Below, piece after piece: positions 63,050-64,000 of a DNA stretch of 64,000 bases (its first letter is position 1; each line of letters begins with the position of its first letter). Under the pieces are notes generated by a model. The model worked only from the letters and a program-made list of their open reading frames with translations, made no database searches and was not told the origin of the DNA. The translations under genes were made by a program, and so were the position numbers. Source of the stretch: a virus; the IMG/VR virus record IMGVR_UViG_3300009155_000038; one strand, 5' to 3'.

Positions 63050-63077
63050 ATATGCCCGCTTTTTGCCTGATATTTAG
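63050..63077 (-). promoter_or_regulatory. 28-bp promoter motif CTAAATA-N11-GCGGGCATAT
   Basis: Copy with identical spacing, directly after a terminator. Confidence 0.7.
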
Positions 63078-63085
63078 ATCGGGCT

Positions 63086-63135
63086 CTGATAGCTAAAAGA
63101 AACGCGCTACCACGGAGTTACCTCCGTGATTGCGT
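63086..63135 (-). terminator. Intrinsic terminator with AGCTATCAG tail
   Basis: ACGC..CACGGAG-GTAA-CTCCGTG..GCGT followed by TTCTTTT; 22 bp identical to 57901-57922. Confidence 0.85.
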
Positions 63136-63898
63136 TCCTTTTGCCTTCACGGCATGCCTGCTTGTGCGCTTGCGGCGCGCGGTAGGTACCCGCCCAACTC
63201 TCCCCGGCCAATGGCCGGTAACCGACACTTCTTCTCTTCCGGCCATTGGCCGGGGGATCATCCGTTTTCATGTTACACGGCTTTCTCCTCGATTGGTGCT
63301 ACACGCCAATCACGCGAACCACAGCGAAGTTGCTGCAGTTAAAAATCAAATTGCCGGGTTATTCGCAATTCCCCGGCGGTTCAATACTCTCCTGCGATAG
63401 AGAGGGCCGGGTTTGAGCCGGACACGAAAGAACCCAAACTGTCAGCACAGGCAACGTCCGCAGGGAAGCGCAGCATTACGGGGGCAAACCCGCAATACGT
63501 CTTCCAACTCCCGGCACGTCTAGTCCTTTAAGCTACATGCCCACTCTGTATTCGGTATGCCTACCAAACACAGGAGCGATTCTGCTGTTGATGTCGCGTT
63601 GCATGCACGACACTTCACAGAAGAATTAATGCTCGGAACATGGCCGGATTGATTACCGGCACCGAACCCTCCTCTAGCATCATGTTTTGAGCTAGCGGTC
63701 CGGGGCGCTTGGAAATGTATTTTGCGCGGCTTCACACGCCACCACGGAGAGCTTGCGGCCCTCAACATTTCCTCCTTCCGCTTTCGACCTCACGTGACAG
63801 GTATTTCACTTGCGTGGTGTCTCACGCAATACCTTCGGGCCAAGGATCGCCCGTCTTTCAGTCACTGAGGACGCTGCCTGTGCGAACAGCTATAGTTC
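63092..63898 (-). ncRNA. Candidate large, highly structured noncoding RNA (about 800 nt)
   Basis: Own promoter and terminator; 15-bp long-range helix 63869-63883 with 63445-63459; 17-bp helix 63202-63255; many nested stems and GNRA/UUCG loops; no convincing ORF. Confidence 0.75.
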
Positions 63899-63906
63899 TA
63901 CACTTA

Positions 63907-63934
63907 ATATACCCGGGTTTTGGCTGTTATTTAG
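63907..63934 (-). promoter_or_regulatory. 28-bp promoter motif CTAAATA-N11-CCGGGTATAT
   Basis: Copy with identical spacing, overlapping the upstream stop codon. Confidence 0.7.
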
Positions 63935-64000
63935 TTAGCCAGCCCGGGCCGAATTCAGCCAGCTCTTCAGGCGTCATAGCCTCCGGGAGAATGATCTTCC
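63927..64000 (-). CDS. 3' end of an upstream gene (partial)
   Basis: ..KIILPEAMTPEELAEFGPGWLTK-stop. Confidence 0.6.
   Translation of the reverse strand, partial: KIILPEAMTPEELAEFGPGWLTK

Noticed and set aside
63520-63768. 82-aa ORF with an upstream AAGGAGG inside the large RNA candidate
   Set aside because: The ATG is only 2 nt from the SD and lies within an 8-bp helix (GGAAATGT/ACATTTCC); the product looks random and covers under a third of the unit. Not fully excluded, since a TTG start at 5 nt is possible.
63092-63898. Group I/II intron, RNase P or tmRNA identity for the large RNA
   Set aside because: No flanking exons, no P7 GACUA/UAGUC pair, no group II domain V, no GAGGAAAGUCC/P4 partner, no tRNA-like ends seen
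1-64000. CRISPR array or alternative genetic code
   Set aside because: No regularly spaced repeat-spacer array found; genes end cleanly at TAA, TAG and TGA with dense coding in the standard code

Overview
A 64-kb segment of a large tailed (contractile-tail, myovirus-type) bacteriophage. Essentially every gene is on the minus strand and the code is standard. From left to right: a baseplate spike-like gene that runs off the left edge and is missing from the ORF track, then tail tube, tail sheath, neck/adaptor, major capsid, decoration, scaffold and prohead protease genes. Next is a multisubunit RNA polymerase with an unusual split (beta fused to the N-half of beta', plus a separate beta' C-half) embedded among virion genes. 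This is followed by a membrane/secreted-protease block, a 2H-phosphoesterase fusion, tRNA-Asn, a holin-like gene, an actin-like ATPase, a GIY-YIG-type endonuclease, ferritin, a methyltransferase, PhoH, a cupin, HNH, AlkB-like, an SF2-helicase fusion, trypsin-like and acid-ceramidase-like genes, and small promoter-gene-terminator cassettes at the right end. The most notable hand-read signals are: (1) a roughly 800-nt, heavily base-paired, apparently noncoding transcription unit with its own promoter and terminator (about 63092-63898), a candidate large ornate RNA; (2) a K-x-[A/S] motif, often preceded by an F-G-x-x-x-G helix, recurring across many head and cargo proteins and falling at domain boundaries of polyprotein-like genes, suggesting a capsid-targeting and proteolytic cargo-release system; (3) a second structured RNA candidate of about 220 nt near the tRNA; (4) a hairpin- and iteron-rich origin-like region; (5) a fixed-spacing 28-bp promoter motif in four copies. 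All functional calls come from motif recognition by eye; no database search was run.
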